DNA of 64,000 nt from an uncultured Lachnospiraceae bacterium (GTDB taxonomy: Bacteria > Bacillota > Clostridia > Lachnospirales > Lachnospiraceae). This document shows, one piece after another, positions 51,688-64,000 of this stretch. The stretch spans positions 9,275 through 73,274 of the forward strand of contig CAJUDY010000014.1 of the NCBI GenBank assembly GCA_910584945.1, in the 5' to 3' direction. Numbering within the stretch: the stretch's first letter is position 1; every line of letters begins with the position of its first letter. A program made the translations under genes and the position numbers. The notes below the pieces were generated by a model. That model saw only the letters and a list, made by a program, of their open reading frames with translations, was not told the origin of the DNA and ran no database searches.

Positions 51688-52671
51688 ATGAGTAAAATAA
51701 AGGTGGCAGTGCTTCTGCCCTTTGATCAGGCGCAGAGAGAGGTACTGGAAGCGGCGGGGAAGGAACGCTGCGAGTTTATCTATGTGGAAGAATCCATGAC
51801 CAGGGAAGCGCGTCTGCCGCTTCTGAAAGAGGCGGAGGTGATCTTTGGGGAACCGGGGATCCGGGAGATCAGGGAGTGCCCGGGTCTTCGATGGATACAG
51901 ATGAGCTGGGCGGGGAGCGATGTGTACACCATGCGGGAGGGCTTTCCAAAGCAGATCCGCCTGACCAACGCAAGAGGCTGCTTTCGGACGGTGATCGCGG
52001 AGTATATTCTGGCGGTGCTGCTCTCCATGTGCCGGAACCTGAAGCAGTATGCGGATCAGCAGAGGGAAGAGGATTGGCGCCGCATTCGCCGGGAGACCCT
52101 TTTATATGGAAAGAAAGTGTTAATTCTGGGCGCCGGAGACATCGGCACCGGCGCGGCAAAGAGGTTAAAAGCCTTTGGGACTTCCGTGACCGGAATGCGC
52201 CGGACGGACCGGAATTACCCGGATTGTTATGACGCCATGATTACGGTCGGGGAACTGGACCAGGTGCTTCCGGCAGCGGATATCGTCATCGGCTGCCTGC
52301 CCTCCACCCGGGAGACCCGGGGGCTCTTAGATGAGCGGCGGCTTCGCAGTATGAAAAAGGACGCTTTTTTGATCAATGTGGGCAGGGGAAGCCTGATTCC
52401 CACGGAAGACCTGGTAAAGGTGCTGGAAGACGGCCATCTGGGAGGCGTGGCGCTGGATGTAACGGAGAAGGAACCGCTTCCGGCCGGACATCCTCTCTGG
52501 AAGTTCGACCGGGTGATCCTGACGCCCCATATCGCTGGCCAGAGTTTCGGGTACTCCAGAGATACGGAGAACCGGGTGCTGCATGTTTGTTGCCAGAATC
52601 TGGAACGGTATCTGAACCGCCGGGAGCTTCTGAATCAGGTGGACTTTGAAGCCGGATATGTGTCGGAGTAA
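51688..52671 (+). CDS. D-2-hydroxyacid dehydrogenase
   Basis: GAGDIG, NVGRG, LDVTEKEPL, TPHIAG. Confidence 0.92.
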   Translation: MSKIKVAVLLPFDQAQREVLEAAGKERCEFIYVEESMTREARLPLLKEAEVIFGEPGIREIRECPGLRWIQMSWAGSDVYTMREGFPKQIRLTNARGCFRTVIAEYILAVLLSMCRNLKQYADQQREEDWRRIRRETLLYGKKVLILGAGDIGTGAAKRLKAFGTSVTGMRRTDRNYPDCYDAMITVGELDQVLPAADIVIGCLPSTRETRGLLDERRLRSMKKDAFLINVGRGSLIPTEDLVKVLEDGHLGGVALDVTEKEPLPAGHPLWKFDRVILTPHIAGQSFGYSRDTENRVLHVCCQNLERYLNRRELLNQVDFEAGYVSE

Positions 52672-52699
52672 AAAAAGCGGAAAAAATGAAAAAAAGAAC

Positions 52700-52728
52700 T
52701 TGACATTTGAGAAAGCCCGTAGTAGAAT
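52700..52728 (+). promoter_or_regulatory. sigma-A promoter of the tRNA-Gly pair
   Basis: TTGACA-17-TAGAAT. Confidence 0.75.
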
Positions 52729-52794
52729 ACCTATTGTTGTGAAGCAAGTCATCATTTGCAGATCGTAACAACCCGAAAGGGTTTTTACATATAT

Positions 52795-52865
52795 GCGGGT
52801 GTAGTTCAATGGTAGAACACCAGCCTTCCAAGCTGGATACGTGGGTTCGATTCCCATCACCCGCT
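52795..52865 (+). tRNA. tRNA-Gly (TCC)
   Basis: Cloverleaf; anticodon arm CCAGC-CTTCCAA-GCTGG; GGTTCGATTCC; CCA not encoded. Confidence 0.95.
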
Positions 52866-52890
52866 TCACCCGAAAGGGTTTTACATATAT

Positions 52891-52962
52891 GCACGAGTGG
52901 CTCAGTGGTGGAGTATCGCCTTGCCAAGGCGAGGGTCGCGGGTTCGAATCCCGTCTCGTGCT
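52891..52962 (+). tRNA. tRNA-Gly (GCC)
   Basis: Cloverleaf; anticodon arm TCGCC-TTGCCAA-GGCGA; GGTTCGAATCC; CCA not encoded. Confidence 0.95.
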
Positions 52963-52975
52963 CTTTCTAAAGTTT

Positions 52976-53011
52976 GCGGAAACGTTGATTTTCAGCGTTT
53001 TCGCATTTTTT
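52976..53011 (+). terminator. Terminator after the tRNAs
   Basis: TGCGGAAACGTTGA/TCAGCGTTTTCGCA stem followed by a T-tract. Confidence 0.65.
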
Positions 53012-53204
53012 GTGTCTGAAAACTGAAGACTGTCTTCCGCTTTCCCCTCTTTCCCCTCTTTCCCATCCCCCTTTATTTGTGTATGATACCGCAAAACTGT
53101 TAAAATAGCAAATTTTGTGTATACGCTAAAAGGCTATTGCTATTTAACAGGCAGTAATTTATACTATAGAAATAACGAAATCCAGGAAAAGGAGAACTGA
53201 TACT

Positions 53205-54125
53205 ATGCCGATTCGTATTCCCGGGTCCATGCCGGCCCATGATATACTGGAGTCTGAAAATATCTTTGTGATGACGGAGACCCGGGCGATGTCCCAGGAT
53301 ATCCGTCCTTTGAAGGTGCTGATTCTGAACCTGATGCCCACCAAGGTGGTGACGGAGACGCAGCTTCTCCGGAAGCTTTCCAATACGCCCCTTCAGATCG
53401 ATGTGGAATTTCTGCAGACGGCCAGCTATACTTCCACCCATACGGACCCCGGCCATCTGAAGCAGTTTTACTGTGTGTTTGACCAGATCAGGGACCGCCA
53501 TTTTGACGGAATGATCATTACAGGAGCTCCGCTGGATTATGTAAAATGCGAGGATACCGCTTACTGGGATGAGGTTTGTGAGATTATGGAGTGGACGAAG
53601 ACCCACGTACACTGCACGTTTCATCTGTGCTGGGGAGCTTACGCGGGACTTTACTACCATCACAAGGTGGAAAAGCGGGATCTGGAGCGGAAGCTGTTCG
53701 GGATCTTCCCTCACAAGATCTTAAAGGGAACGTCTCCTTTGTTCCGGGGATTCAACGATGTATTCATGGCGCCCCATTCCAGAGCGACGGATGTACGTCT
53801 GGCCGATGTGGAGGCGGTGCCGGATCTGGAGGTGCTGGCAGTGACCGAAGGCGGAAGTCTGGCAATCGCCAAGACAAAGGACAGCCGACAGTTCTTCGTG
53901 ACCTGCCACGCGGAATATGACCACAATACGCTGGCGCTGGAATACTTCCGGGATATGGAAAAAGGATTGACGACCGTGGATCTTCCCGTCAATTATTTTC
54001 CGGACGACGATCCTTCCAAAGAACCCCTGGTGACCTGGCGCTCCACCGGACAGCTTCTGTATTCCAATTGGCTGAATTATTATGTCTACCAGAGCACGCC
54101 CTATGATATTGATACGATTTGTTAG
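53205..54125 (+). CDS. metA: Homoserine O-acetyl/succinyltransferase
   Basis: ILNLMPTK, IITGAP, CWGA, PHSR, NWLNYYVYQ. Confidence 0.95.
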   Translation: MPIRIPGSMPAHDILESENIFVMTETRAMSQDIRPLKVLILNLMPTKVVTETQLLRKLSNTPLQIDVEFLQTASYTSTHTDPGHLKQFYCVFDQIRDRHFDGMIITGAPLDYVKCEDTAYWDEVCEIMEWTKTHVHCTFHLCWGAYAGLYYHHKVEKRDLERKLFGIFPHKILKGTSPLFRGFNDVFMAPHSRATDVRLADVEAVPDLEVLAVTEGGSLAIAKTKDSRQFFVTCHAEYDHNTLALEYFRDMEKGLTTVDLPVNYFPDDDPSKEPLVTWRSTGQLLYSNWLNYYVYQSTPYDIDTIC

Positions 54126-54161
54126 AAAAAGTAAATCACTTTTGACGAGGAAGGGATCAAC

Positions 54162-55199
54162 TTGCAGACAGAACTGATACGAATCGACCGGACGCGGATG
54201 GACCGGGAGGTCATGGAGCGGGCGGGGGCGCTTCTTCGGGGAGGATCCCTGGTGGCTTTTCCTACGGAGACGGTCTATGGTCTTGGAGCCAATGCGCTGG
54301 ATGAAGAGGCGGCAAAAAAGATCTATGCGGCGAAGGGAAGGCCCTCCGACAATCCGCTGATCGTTCACATTGCGGAGCTTGAGGCGCTGGAGGGGATCGC
54401 GGCGCAGATCCCAAAGGAAGCCTGGATGCTGGCGGAAGCGTTCTGGCCGGGGCCTTTGACCATGATCTTCCATAAGAAGGACCGGGTGCCCTGGGGGACG
54501 ACCGGAGGTCTTGCTACAGTGGCAGTCCGTATGCCTTCCGACGAGATCGCCGGAGAACTGATCCGGCAGGGGGGCGGTTATATCGCGGCGCCCAGCGCCA
54601 ACGTATCCGGGCGTCCAAGTCCTACCACGGCGGAACACGTTTATGAGGATATGAAAGGCAGAATTCCGCTGATCCTGGACGGGGGTCCGGTCCCCATCGG
54701 GCTGGAGTCCACGATTGTGGATCTGACTGAGGACTGTCCGGTGATCCTGCGCCCGGGTTACATCACCCTTTCCATGATTCAGGAGGTCATCAGGGAGACG
54801 AAGGTGGACCGGGGCCTGATTCAGGAGGATTCTTTTATCCGGCCCAAGGCGCCCGGCATGAAGTACCGGCATTATGCCCCGAGAGCGCAGCTTACGATCG
54901 TGGAGGGCGAGGCCGGACCGGTCATCGCTTACATCAATGAACAGGCGAGGGGTACAGGAAAAGTCGGGATTATCTGTACAGAGGAGACAAAGGACTGCTA
55001 TCCGCTGGGGGATGTGAAATGCATCGGCTCCCGGCAGGACGAGCGGTCCATCGCCAGCCATCTGTTTCAGGTCCTGCGGGAGTTTGACGGGGACGACGTG
55101 GACCGGATCTATTCGGAGTCTTTCGACACTCCGGGTCTGGGGCAGGCGATCATGAACCGGCTCCTGAAGGCGGCGGGACATCACAAAATCCATGTATAA
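54162..55199 (+). CDS. sua5: L-threonylcarbamoyladenylate synthase (Sua5)
   Basis: FPTETVYGLG, KGRPSDNPLIVH, PSAN, PGMKYRHYAP. Confidence 0.95.
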   Translation: MQTELIRIDRTRMDREVMERAGALLRGGSLVAFPTETVYGLGANALDEEAAKKIYAAKGRPSDNPLIVHIAELEALEGIAAQIPKEAWMLAEAFWPGPLTMIFHKKDRVPWGTTGGLATVAVRMPSDEIAGELIRQGGGYIAAPSANVSGRPSPTTAEHVYEDMKGRIPLILDGGPVPIGLESTIVDLTEDCPVILRPGYITLSMIQEVIRETKVDRGLIQEDSFIRPKAPGMKYRHYAPRAQLTIVEGEAGPVIAYINEQARGTGKVGIICTEETKDCYPLGDVKCIGSRQDERSIASHLFQVLREFDGDDVDRIYSESFDTPGLGQAIMNRLLKAAGHHKIHV

Positions 55200-55348
55200 A
55201 ACAGCATCGGAAGTGAAGATGCGGAACTCAAAACAGCATCGGAACGGATAATGCCCGGAAGGATTTTCAGACGCGAAGGCGGCGGAAAATCTTTCCGGAT
55301 GAAGGGGCATTGGGAGAGAAGATGCGGAACTCAAATAGAGGGGAAAAT

Positions 55349-55978
55349 ATGGCGAAAGTAATGATTATGCAGCACCCGTTGATTCAGCACAAGATCGGCA
55401 TCATACGCAGGCAGGAGACCGGCTCCAAGGACTTCCGCCAGATGATCAGCGAGATCGCCATGCTGATGTGCTATGAAGCAACCCGGGATCTTCGGCTTGT
55501 GGACGTGGAAATCGAGACGCCCATCTGCAGGACCACTGCAAAGGAACTGGAGGGTAAGAAACTGGCGGTGGTGCCGATTCTGCGGGCAGGTCTTGGCATG
55601 GTGGACGGGATGCTTACCATGATCCCGGCGGCAAAAGTCGGTCATATTGGGCTCTACCGCAATGAAGAGACGCTGGAACCGGTGGAATACTACTGTAAGC
55701 TTCCCAAAGACTGCGCGGAGCGGGACGTATTCGTGGTGGACCCCATGCTGGCTACCGGAGGGTCCGCGTCGGCGGCGATTACCATGCTGAAGGCGAAGGG
55801 AGTAAAGCATATTCGTCTGATGTGTATCATTGCGGCGCCGGAAGGAGTGGAGCGGATGAAAAAAGACCATCCGGATGTAAATCTCTATATCGGCGCTATG
55901 GACGAGCGGCTCAATGAACGCGGATACATTGTACCGGGGCTTGGAGATGCGGGGGATCGGATCTTTGGCACCAAATAA
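55349..55978 (+). CDS. upp: Uracil phosphoribosyltransferase
   Basis: [25 protein letters not shown]. Confidence 0.97.
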   Translation: MAKVMIMQHPLIQHKIGIIRRQETGSKDFRQMISEIAMLMCYEATRDLRLVDVEIETPICRTTAKELEGKKLAVVPILRAGLGMVDGMLTMIPAAKVGHIGLYRNEETLEPVEYYCKLPKDCAERDVFVVDPMLATGGSASAAITMLKAKGVKHIRLMCIIAAPEGVERMKKDHPDVNLYIGAMDERLNERGYIVPGLGDAGDRIFGTK

Positions 55979-56004
55979 GATTTTACGCGTCAAAGGAGGA
56001 TAGG

Positions 56005-56490
56005 ATGACTGGGAAAAGAACAGACTACATATCATGGGATGAGTACTTTATGGGAATCGCATACCTGTCGGCCATGCGCTCCAAAGACCCGGGCACACAG
56101 GTGGGGGCATGCATCGTCAGTCAGGCGAATAAGATTTTATCCATGGGGTATAACGGTTTTCCCATGGGGTGCGATGACGACGAATTCCCCTGGAACAGAG
56201 AGGGAGAGCTCTACGACAGCAAGTATGCTTATGTGACCCACAGCGAACTGAACGCGATCCTGAATTACCGGGGCGGAAGCCTGGAGGGAACGAAACTTTA
56301 TGTGACCTTATTTCCCTGCAACGAGTGTGCCAAGGCCATCATTCAGGCAGGAATCAAGGAGCTGGTCTACGCGGACGACAAGTACGGCGGTACGCCTGCC
56401 AATCTGGCGTCCAGACGCATGCTCAAAGCGGCCGGCGTGAAGATGACGCCCTATCAAAAGAGCGGGAAAACCGTGATGCTTCAGGTATAA
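56005..56490 (+). CDS. dCMP deaminase family protein
   Basis: RSKDP, GYNG, HSELNA, PCNEC. Confidence 0.92.
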   Translation: MTGKRTDYISWDEYFMGIAYLSAMRSKDPGTQVGACIVSQANKILSMGYNGFPMGCDDDEFPWNREGELYDSKYAYVTHSELNAILNYRGGSLEGTKLYVTLFPCNECAKAIIQAGIKELVYADDKYGGTPANLASRRMLKAAGVKMTPYQKSGKTVMLQV

Positions 56491-56698
56491 ACGGCGGTGT
56501 GTAAACCTATATTGATAATTGATTGACAATTTATACGCGGGCACTGCTTTTTTGTTGAAGTTGGCAAAAAAAGGTGATATAATATGCTGGAAACTGTAAA
56601 GCCATGTAATATGAGGAATTTAAAGAAAAGTGTTCTGAGTTATTTCGTAAAATGGCCGCGCAATTTAATCGAATTTGAAAAAGCAAGGTGGTGAAACG

Positions 56699-57007
56699 GT
56701 GTTAGAAGAGACGTTAAAGTCAGTCAGGGATGCAGAGGCAAAAGCGGAAGAAATTCTAAAAGAAGCGGATGCCAAGGCAGCCTCAGTTCTGGAAGACGCA
56801 AAGGTCAAAGCCCAGGCGATGAAGGAGGATACGGCATCGAAAGTCAGATCCTTAAGCCAGAAAACAACGCAGGCGGTTCACAAAGAGGGAGACACGCAGC
56901 TTGAGATGGCAGCAAAAGAAGCCAGGAAAGAGATTGAAGCGCTGAGAGAACTGGTCGTTCCGAAGAAGCCGGAGGCGCTGGAAGCAATTATATCCGCCCT
57001 GGTGTAA
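56699..57007 (+). CDS. V/A-type ATPase subunit H/G
   Basis: Coiled-coil Ala/Glu/Lys-rich first gene of the operon. Confidence 0.7.
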   Translation: MLEETLKSVRDAEAKAEEILKEADAKAASVLEDAKVKAQAMKEDTASKVRSLSQKTTQAVHKEGDTQLEMAAKEARKEIEALRELVVPKKPEALEAIISALV

Positions 57008-57044
57008 AAGGAATGTGAAAAAAGAGAAAAGGAGGGATGTGGAT

Positions 57045-59548
<2,504 letters not shown>

Positions 59549-59599
59549 GCGGAGGAAGCCTGTCAACGACGAACAAATTGTAAGAAGGAGAGCTTTAGA

Positions 59600-60193
59600 A
59601 TGACCGGATTGGAAAAGATTACGGACCAGATTCAGGAAGAAGCAAAAGCCTCCGCAGCCGGCAGGCTGGAAGCGGCGCAGAAGGAAGCGGACGCGATTCT
59701 CGCGGAAGCCAAGGACGCATGCGCGGCGATGGAAGCCGAGGCGGCCCAGAAGAATGCCGCCATGAAGGCGAACTATGAAGGCCGGGTGAAGTCCTCCGCA
59801 GAACAGCAGAGAAGGACGGCGCTTCTTAGGGCAAAGCAGGAGATCATCGCGGAGGTGATCGAGGAAGCCTATGTGACTCTGAAGCAAAAGGATGTACAGA
59901 GTTATTTCCTGACCATGGAAAAAATATTAAAGACCTATGCGCTGGCGGAGGCCGGAGAGATCTACTTCTCCGCGGAGGACCTTGCCAGAATGCCCGGCGA
60001 TTTTGAGAAAAAGATTGCCGCGGCGGCAAAGGAGAAGGGCGGAAGCCTGGTTCTGAAAAAAGAGCCGAAAGCGATTGCAGACGGTTTTGTTCTCGCCTAC
60101 GGCGGCGTGGAGGAGAACTGTACCCTGAAAGCACTGTTTGACGCGAAGAAGGATGAACTTCAGGATAAAGTAAATGCAATCTTATTTTCATAG
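59600..60193 (+). CDS. ntpE: V/A-type ATPase subunit E
   Basis: MTGLEKI, GFVL, ENCT; operon order. Confidence 0.88.
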   Translation: MTGLEKITDQIQEEAKASAAGRLEAAQKEADAILAEAKDACAAMEAEAAQKNAAMKANYEGRVKSSAEQQRRTALLRAKQEIIAEVIEEAYVTLKQKDVQSYFLTMEKILKTYALAEAGEIYFSAEDLARMPGDFEKKIAAAAKEKGGSLVLKKEPKAIADGFVLAYGGVEENCTLKALFDAKKDELQDKVNAILFS

Positions 60194-60222
60194 AAGCCGG
60201 TTCGCCGAAAAGGAGGGTTTTA

Positions 60223-61194
60223 ATGTCTAAAACACAATATGCCTATGCGGTCGCGCGAATCCGTGCTCTGGAAGTGTCTCTGTTCTCATCCTCGACCATC
60301 GAGCAGCTCATCGCCTGCAAGGATGATGAGGCGGCGATTCGGTTTCTGCAGGAGAGGGGCTGGGGCGGCGCGGATGTGCCTGCCGACGCCGACGCGATCC
60401 TGACAAGAGAGCGGGAGAAGATCTGGGAGACCATCGGCGAGATGCATGTGGACATGGACGTGTTTGATGTCCTGTCCTATGCCAGCTGGTTCCATAACCT
60501 GAAAGCTGCAGTCAAGGAAGTCTGCACCGGAAAGAGCGGTGCGAATATCTTTTATGAAGGGACGCCGATTCCGAAGCAGGAGCTTTTGCGCATCATAAAA
60601 GAAAAAGACTATCAGGCGCTGCCGAAGAACATGCAGGCGGCGGCAGAGGAAGCGGTGGACACACTGCTCCATTCGGGAGACGGGCAGCTCTGTGATGTGA
60701 TCATTGACCGTGCGACCATGGAAGCCATCAAAGAAGCCGGAAGGCTGGCCGAGGATGACATCATTCGCGACTATGCGGAGTCCACGGTGGCGGTGGCCAA
60801 CATTAAGATTGCTGTCAGGGCTTCTAAGACCGCTAAGACACTGGAATTCATGAAACGGGCCATGGCGCCCTGCGATACGCTGAACATTGACAGTCTGGCG
60901 CACGCGGCGCTCTCGGGCATGGATTCGATCATCGAATATTTAAACGGCAGCGGATATGCGGAGGGCGCGCAGGCGCTGAAGGAGTCCCCTTCGGCATTCG
61001 AGCGCTGGTGCGACAACCGGATTATCCAGACCATCAAACCTCAGAAGTCCAATCCATTTTCCGTTGGACCTCTGGTGGCATATGTCATTGCAAGGGAAAA
61101 TGAAATTAAGACGGTGAGAATCATTCTTACCTGTAAGCAGAACGGCTTATCAGATGATTCCATCCGGGAAAGGGTAAGGGAAATGTATGTATAA
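60223..61194 (+). CDS. ntpC: V/A-type ATPase subunit C
   Basis: YAVARIRALE, ENEIKTVRII. Confidence 0.9.
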   Translation: MSKTQYAYAVARIRALEVSLFSSSTIEQLIACKDDEAAIRFLQERGWGGADVPADADAILTREREKIWETIGEMHVDMDVFDVLSYASWFHNLKAAVKEVCTGKSGANIFYEGTPIPKQELLRIIKEKDYQALPKNMQAAAEEAVDTLLHSGDGQLCDVIIDRATMEAIKEAGRLAEDDIIRDYAESTVAVANIKIAVRASKTAKTLEFMKRAMAPCDTLNIDSLAHAALSGMDSIIEYLNGSGYAEGAQALKESPSAFERWCDNRIIQTIKPQKSNPFSVGPLVAYVIARENEIKTVRIILTCKQNGLSDDSIRERVREMYV

Positions 61195-61507
61195 GATCGC
61201 GGTAATCGGCGCTTATGACAGCATCTATGGTTTTGCGGCCCTGGGGCTGGATACATTTCCGGTATCCGATTCCCAGGAGGGAGAGAAAATGCTCAGAAGG
61301 ATTGCGGAGGGCGAATACGCGGTGATCTATATCACCGAGGCGCTGGCAGCGGAGCTTGGGCACGAGATCGGCAGATATCAGGAGCAGGTGCTTCCGGCCA
61401 TCATCCAGATCCCCGGCGTATCCGGAAATACGGGCGCAGGGATCACGGGCGTGAAGAAGTCCGTGGAGCAGGCAGTTGGGTCTGATATCTTGTTCGGCGA
61501 CAATTAA
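61187..61507 (+). CDS. ntpG: V/A-type ATPase subunit F
   Basis: KIAVIG, GFAALG, VEQAVGSDI. Confidence 0.88.
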   Translation: MYKIAVIGAYDSIYGFAALGLDTFPVSDSQEGEKMLRRIAEGEYAVIYITEALAAELGHEIGRYQEQVLPAIIQIPGVSGNTGAGITGVKKSVEQAVGSDILFGDN

Positions 61508-61663
61508 GTCATGCAGATACGGGACACGGCAGACAGAGGACGCTTGCGCCCGGCTGGCTGGTGGGGATCGGAACTATAGGCCGCAAGGCCGAACGGCGAG
61601 CGGACGTAAGTCCGCGAGATGTGCATGACGATCAAAAAAAAGAAAGTGGGTGAATCCATTCAA

Positions 61664-63433
61664 ATGAGTAAAGGCACGATTAAAAAAGTGGCAGGGCCTC
61701 TGGTCATCGCTACCGGTATGCGTGATGCCAACATGTTTGACGTGGTGCGTGTAAGTAAGCAGCGCCTGATCGGTGAGATCATCGAGATGCATGGAGACGA
61801 GGCGTCCATCCAGGTATATGAGGAGACCGCAGGACTTGGACCGGGCGAGCCGGTGGAATCCACCGAGATGCCGCTGTCCGTGGAGCTTGGACCCGGACTG
61901 ATCACCAGCATCTATGATGGAATCCAGAGACCGCTGGACGACATTATGAAAGTGTCCGGCGGCAATAACTTAAAGCGCGGTGTGGAGGTTCCCTCCTTAA
62001 AGCGTGATCTGAAATGGAACTTCGTCCCGACCGCAAAGGCGGGCGACGCAGTAGAAGCCGGAGATATCATCGGTACCGTACAGGAGACCGCGGTCGTAGA
62101 GCAGCGGATTATGATTCCTTATGGTATCGAGGGTACGATCAAAGAGATCAAGTCCGGAGAATTCACGGTAGAAGATGTGGTTGCAGTGGTGACTACGGCG
62201 AGCGGCGACAAGGACGTGACTCTGATGCAGAAGTGGCCGGTTCGTAAAGGCCGTCCGTATAAGGAGAAGCTGCCGCCCAGCATGCCGCTGATCACCGGAC
62301 AGCGTGTCGTTGACATGTTCTTCCCCATCGCCAAAGGCGGTGTGGCAGCCGTACCGGGACCCTTCGGAAGCGGCAAGACCGTCATCCAGCATCAGCTGGC
62401 AAAATGGGCGGAAGCGGACATCGTGGTTTACATCGGCTGCGGCGAGCGCGGAAACGAGATGACCGACGTTCTGAACGAGTTCCCGGAGCTGAAGGACCCG
62501 AAGACCGGCAAGTCTCTGATGGAACGTACCGTTCTGATTGCGAACACTTCCGATATGCCGGTGGCTGCCCGGGAGGCGTCCATTTATACCGGTATTACGA
62601 TTGCAGAGTATTTCCGCGACATGGGTTACTCCGTGGCGCTGATGGCAGACTCCACTTCCCGCTGGGCAGAGGCGCTCCGCGAGATGTCCGGACGTCTGGA
62701 GGAGATGCCCGGTGAGGAGGGATATCCCGCATACTTAGGCTCCCGTCTGGCACAGTTCTACGAGCGCGCGGGACATGTGATCAATCTTGGAAAGGACGGG
62801 AGAGAAGGCGCATTGTCCGTCATCGGAGCCGTATCCCCGCCCGGCGGCGATACATCCGAGCCGGTGTCTCAGGCGACTCTTCGTATCGTCAAGGTGTTCT
62901 GGGGTCTTGATTCGGCGCTTGCTTATAAGAGACATTTCCCGGCCATTAACTGGCTGACCAGCTACTCCCTGTATCTGGACAATATCTCCGGATGGTTTGA
63001 CAAGAACGTATCTGAGGAATGGATGGCAGGACGTCAGCAGATGATGTCCCTTCTGCAGGAAGAGGCAGAGCTGAACGAAATCGTGCAGATGGTCGGTATG
63101 GATGCGCTTTCCGCACCGGACCGTCTGAAAATGGAGGCGGCACGCTCCATCCGTGAGGACTTCCTGCATCAGAACTCCTTCCATGAGATTGATACGTATA
63201 CCTCTCTTAAGAAGCAGCTTCTGATGATGAAACTGGTGCTGGCGTACTATGACCAGACCATGGAGGCTCTGAAGAACGGAGCAGGAGTCAAAGGACTCAT
63301 CGATCTTCCGATCCGTGAGCAGATCGGACGTTATAAATATGTGACAGAAGAAAATCTGGATGCAGAGTATGACAAGATCATGAAGGAACTGGCATCTCAG
63401 ATCAAAGACGCATGCGGAAAGGAGGACTTCTAA
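61664..63433 (+). CDS. ntpA: V/A-type ATPase subunit A
   Basis: [26 protein letters not shown]. Confidence 0.96.
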   Translation: MSKGTIKKVAGPLVIATGMRDANMFDVVRVSKQRLIGEIIEMHGDEASIQVYEETAGLGPGEPVESTEMPLSVELGPGLITSIYDGIQRPLDDIMKVSGGNNLKRGVEVPSLKRDLKWNFVPTAKAGDAVEAGDIIGTVQETAVVEQRIMIPYGIEGTIKEIKSGEFTVEDVVAVVTTASGDKDVTLMQKWPVRKGRPYKEKLPPSMPLITGQRVVDMFFPIAKGGVAAVPGPFGSGKTVIQHQLAKWAEADIVVYIGCGERGNEMTDVLNEFPELKDPKTGKSLMERTVLIANTSDMPVAAREASIYTGITIAEYFRDMGYSVALMADSTSRWAEALREMSGRLEEMPGEEGYPAYLGSRLAQFYERAGHVINLGKDGREGALSVIGAVSPPGGDTSEPVSQATLRIVKVFWGLDSALAYKRHFPAINWLTSYSLYLDNISGWFDKNVSEEWMAGRQQMMSLLQEEAELNEIVQMVGMDALSAPDRLKMEAARSIREDFLHQNSFHEIDTYTSLKKQLLMMKLVLAYYDQTMEALKNGAGVKGLIDLPIREQIGRYKYVTEENLDAEYDKIMKELASQIKDACGKEDF

Positions 63434-64000
63434 ATGCCAAAAGAGTATAGAACCATACAGGAAGTAGCCGGACCGCTGATGCTGGTGCAGGGCGTGGAGG
63501 GCGTTACCTACGACGAGCTGGGTGAGATCGAGCTGGCAAACGGCGAGATCCGCCGGTGCAAGGTGCTGGAGGTAAACGGAAGCGACGCTATGGTACAGCT
63601 TTATGAGAGCTCCACCGGTATCAACCTCTCCAACAGTAAAGTACGTTTCCTGGGAAGAGGCGTGGAGCTGGGCGCATCCGAAGATATGCTGGGACGCGTC
63701 TTCGACGGTATGGGACGCCCCATCGACGGAGGCCCCGAGATTCTTCCGGACAAGAGAATGGATATTAACGGCCTGCCCATGAACCCGGCGGCCAGAAGCT
63801 ACCCCAACGAGTTTATTCAGACCGGCGTGTCCGCCATCGACGGACTGAACACCCTGGTCCGCGGCCAGAAGCTGCCGATCTTCTCCATGTCCGGTCTGCC
63901 CCATGCGCAGCTGGCGGCGCAGATCGCAAGACAGGCGAAGGTCCGCGGAAAAGACGAGCGTTTCGCTGTGGTATTCGCAGCCATGGGTATCACCTTCGAG
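63434..64000 (+). CDS. ntpB: V/A-type ATPase subunit B (truncated by window end)
   Basis: [15 protein letters not shown]...[23 protein letters not shown] read from the DNA. Confidence 0.93.
   Translation, partial: MPKEYRTIQEVAGPLMLVQGVEGVTYDELGEIELANGEIRRCKVLEVNGSDAMVQLYESSTGINLSNSKVRFLGRGVELGASEDMLGRVFDGMGRPIDGGPEILPDKRMDINGLPMNPAARSYPNEFIQTGVSAIDGLNTLVRGQKLPIFSMSGLPHAQLAAQIARQAKVRGKDERFAVVFAAMGITFE

Noticed and set aside
52771..52890. Repeated ACCCGAAAGGGTTTT(T)ACATATAT before both tRNA-Gly genes; possible integration site
   Set aside because: Ordinary tRNA leader duplication; no integrase or duplicated tRNA 3' end nearby

Overview
Chromosomal segment of a spore-forming Clostridia-class bacterium, Lachnospiraceae-like by gene content. 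Housekeeping genes flank the window: murG, mtnN, pgi, proS and cca on the left; cotS, pgm, mazG, hup, yabO/P/Q, divIC, a spoIIE-like gene, tilS, hpt, ftsH, two tRNA-Gly, metA, upp and a V/A-type ATPase operon on the right. Between them lies a ~23 kb accessory/defence region (12.6-35.4 kb). It holds an AT-rich RelA/SpoT-domain cassette and a type III-D-like CRISPR-Cas locus. The locus has a putative ring nuclease, an uncharacterised DUF3800/RNase H-like + helical-repeat protein, two CARF-HEPN effectors, an orphan HEPN tail, an HD-less Cas10 with AGDE in place of GGDD, RAMPs, cas1/cas2, a doubly broken reverse transcriptase-primase/polymerase fusion, cas6 and two arrays with duplicated leaders. 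Most notable unexplained signals: (1) half the spacers of array 1 share one motif, GTTWACRRGTTAC, in one orientation; (2) the DUF3800-like gene inside the type III effector operon; (3) a ~145-nt structured element in three copies with covarying stems and G-rich/C-poor flanks; (4) a solitary repeat-like hairpin in front of the adaptation operon. All calls come from reading motifs by eye; no database searches were run.
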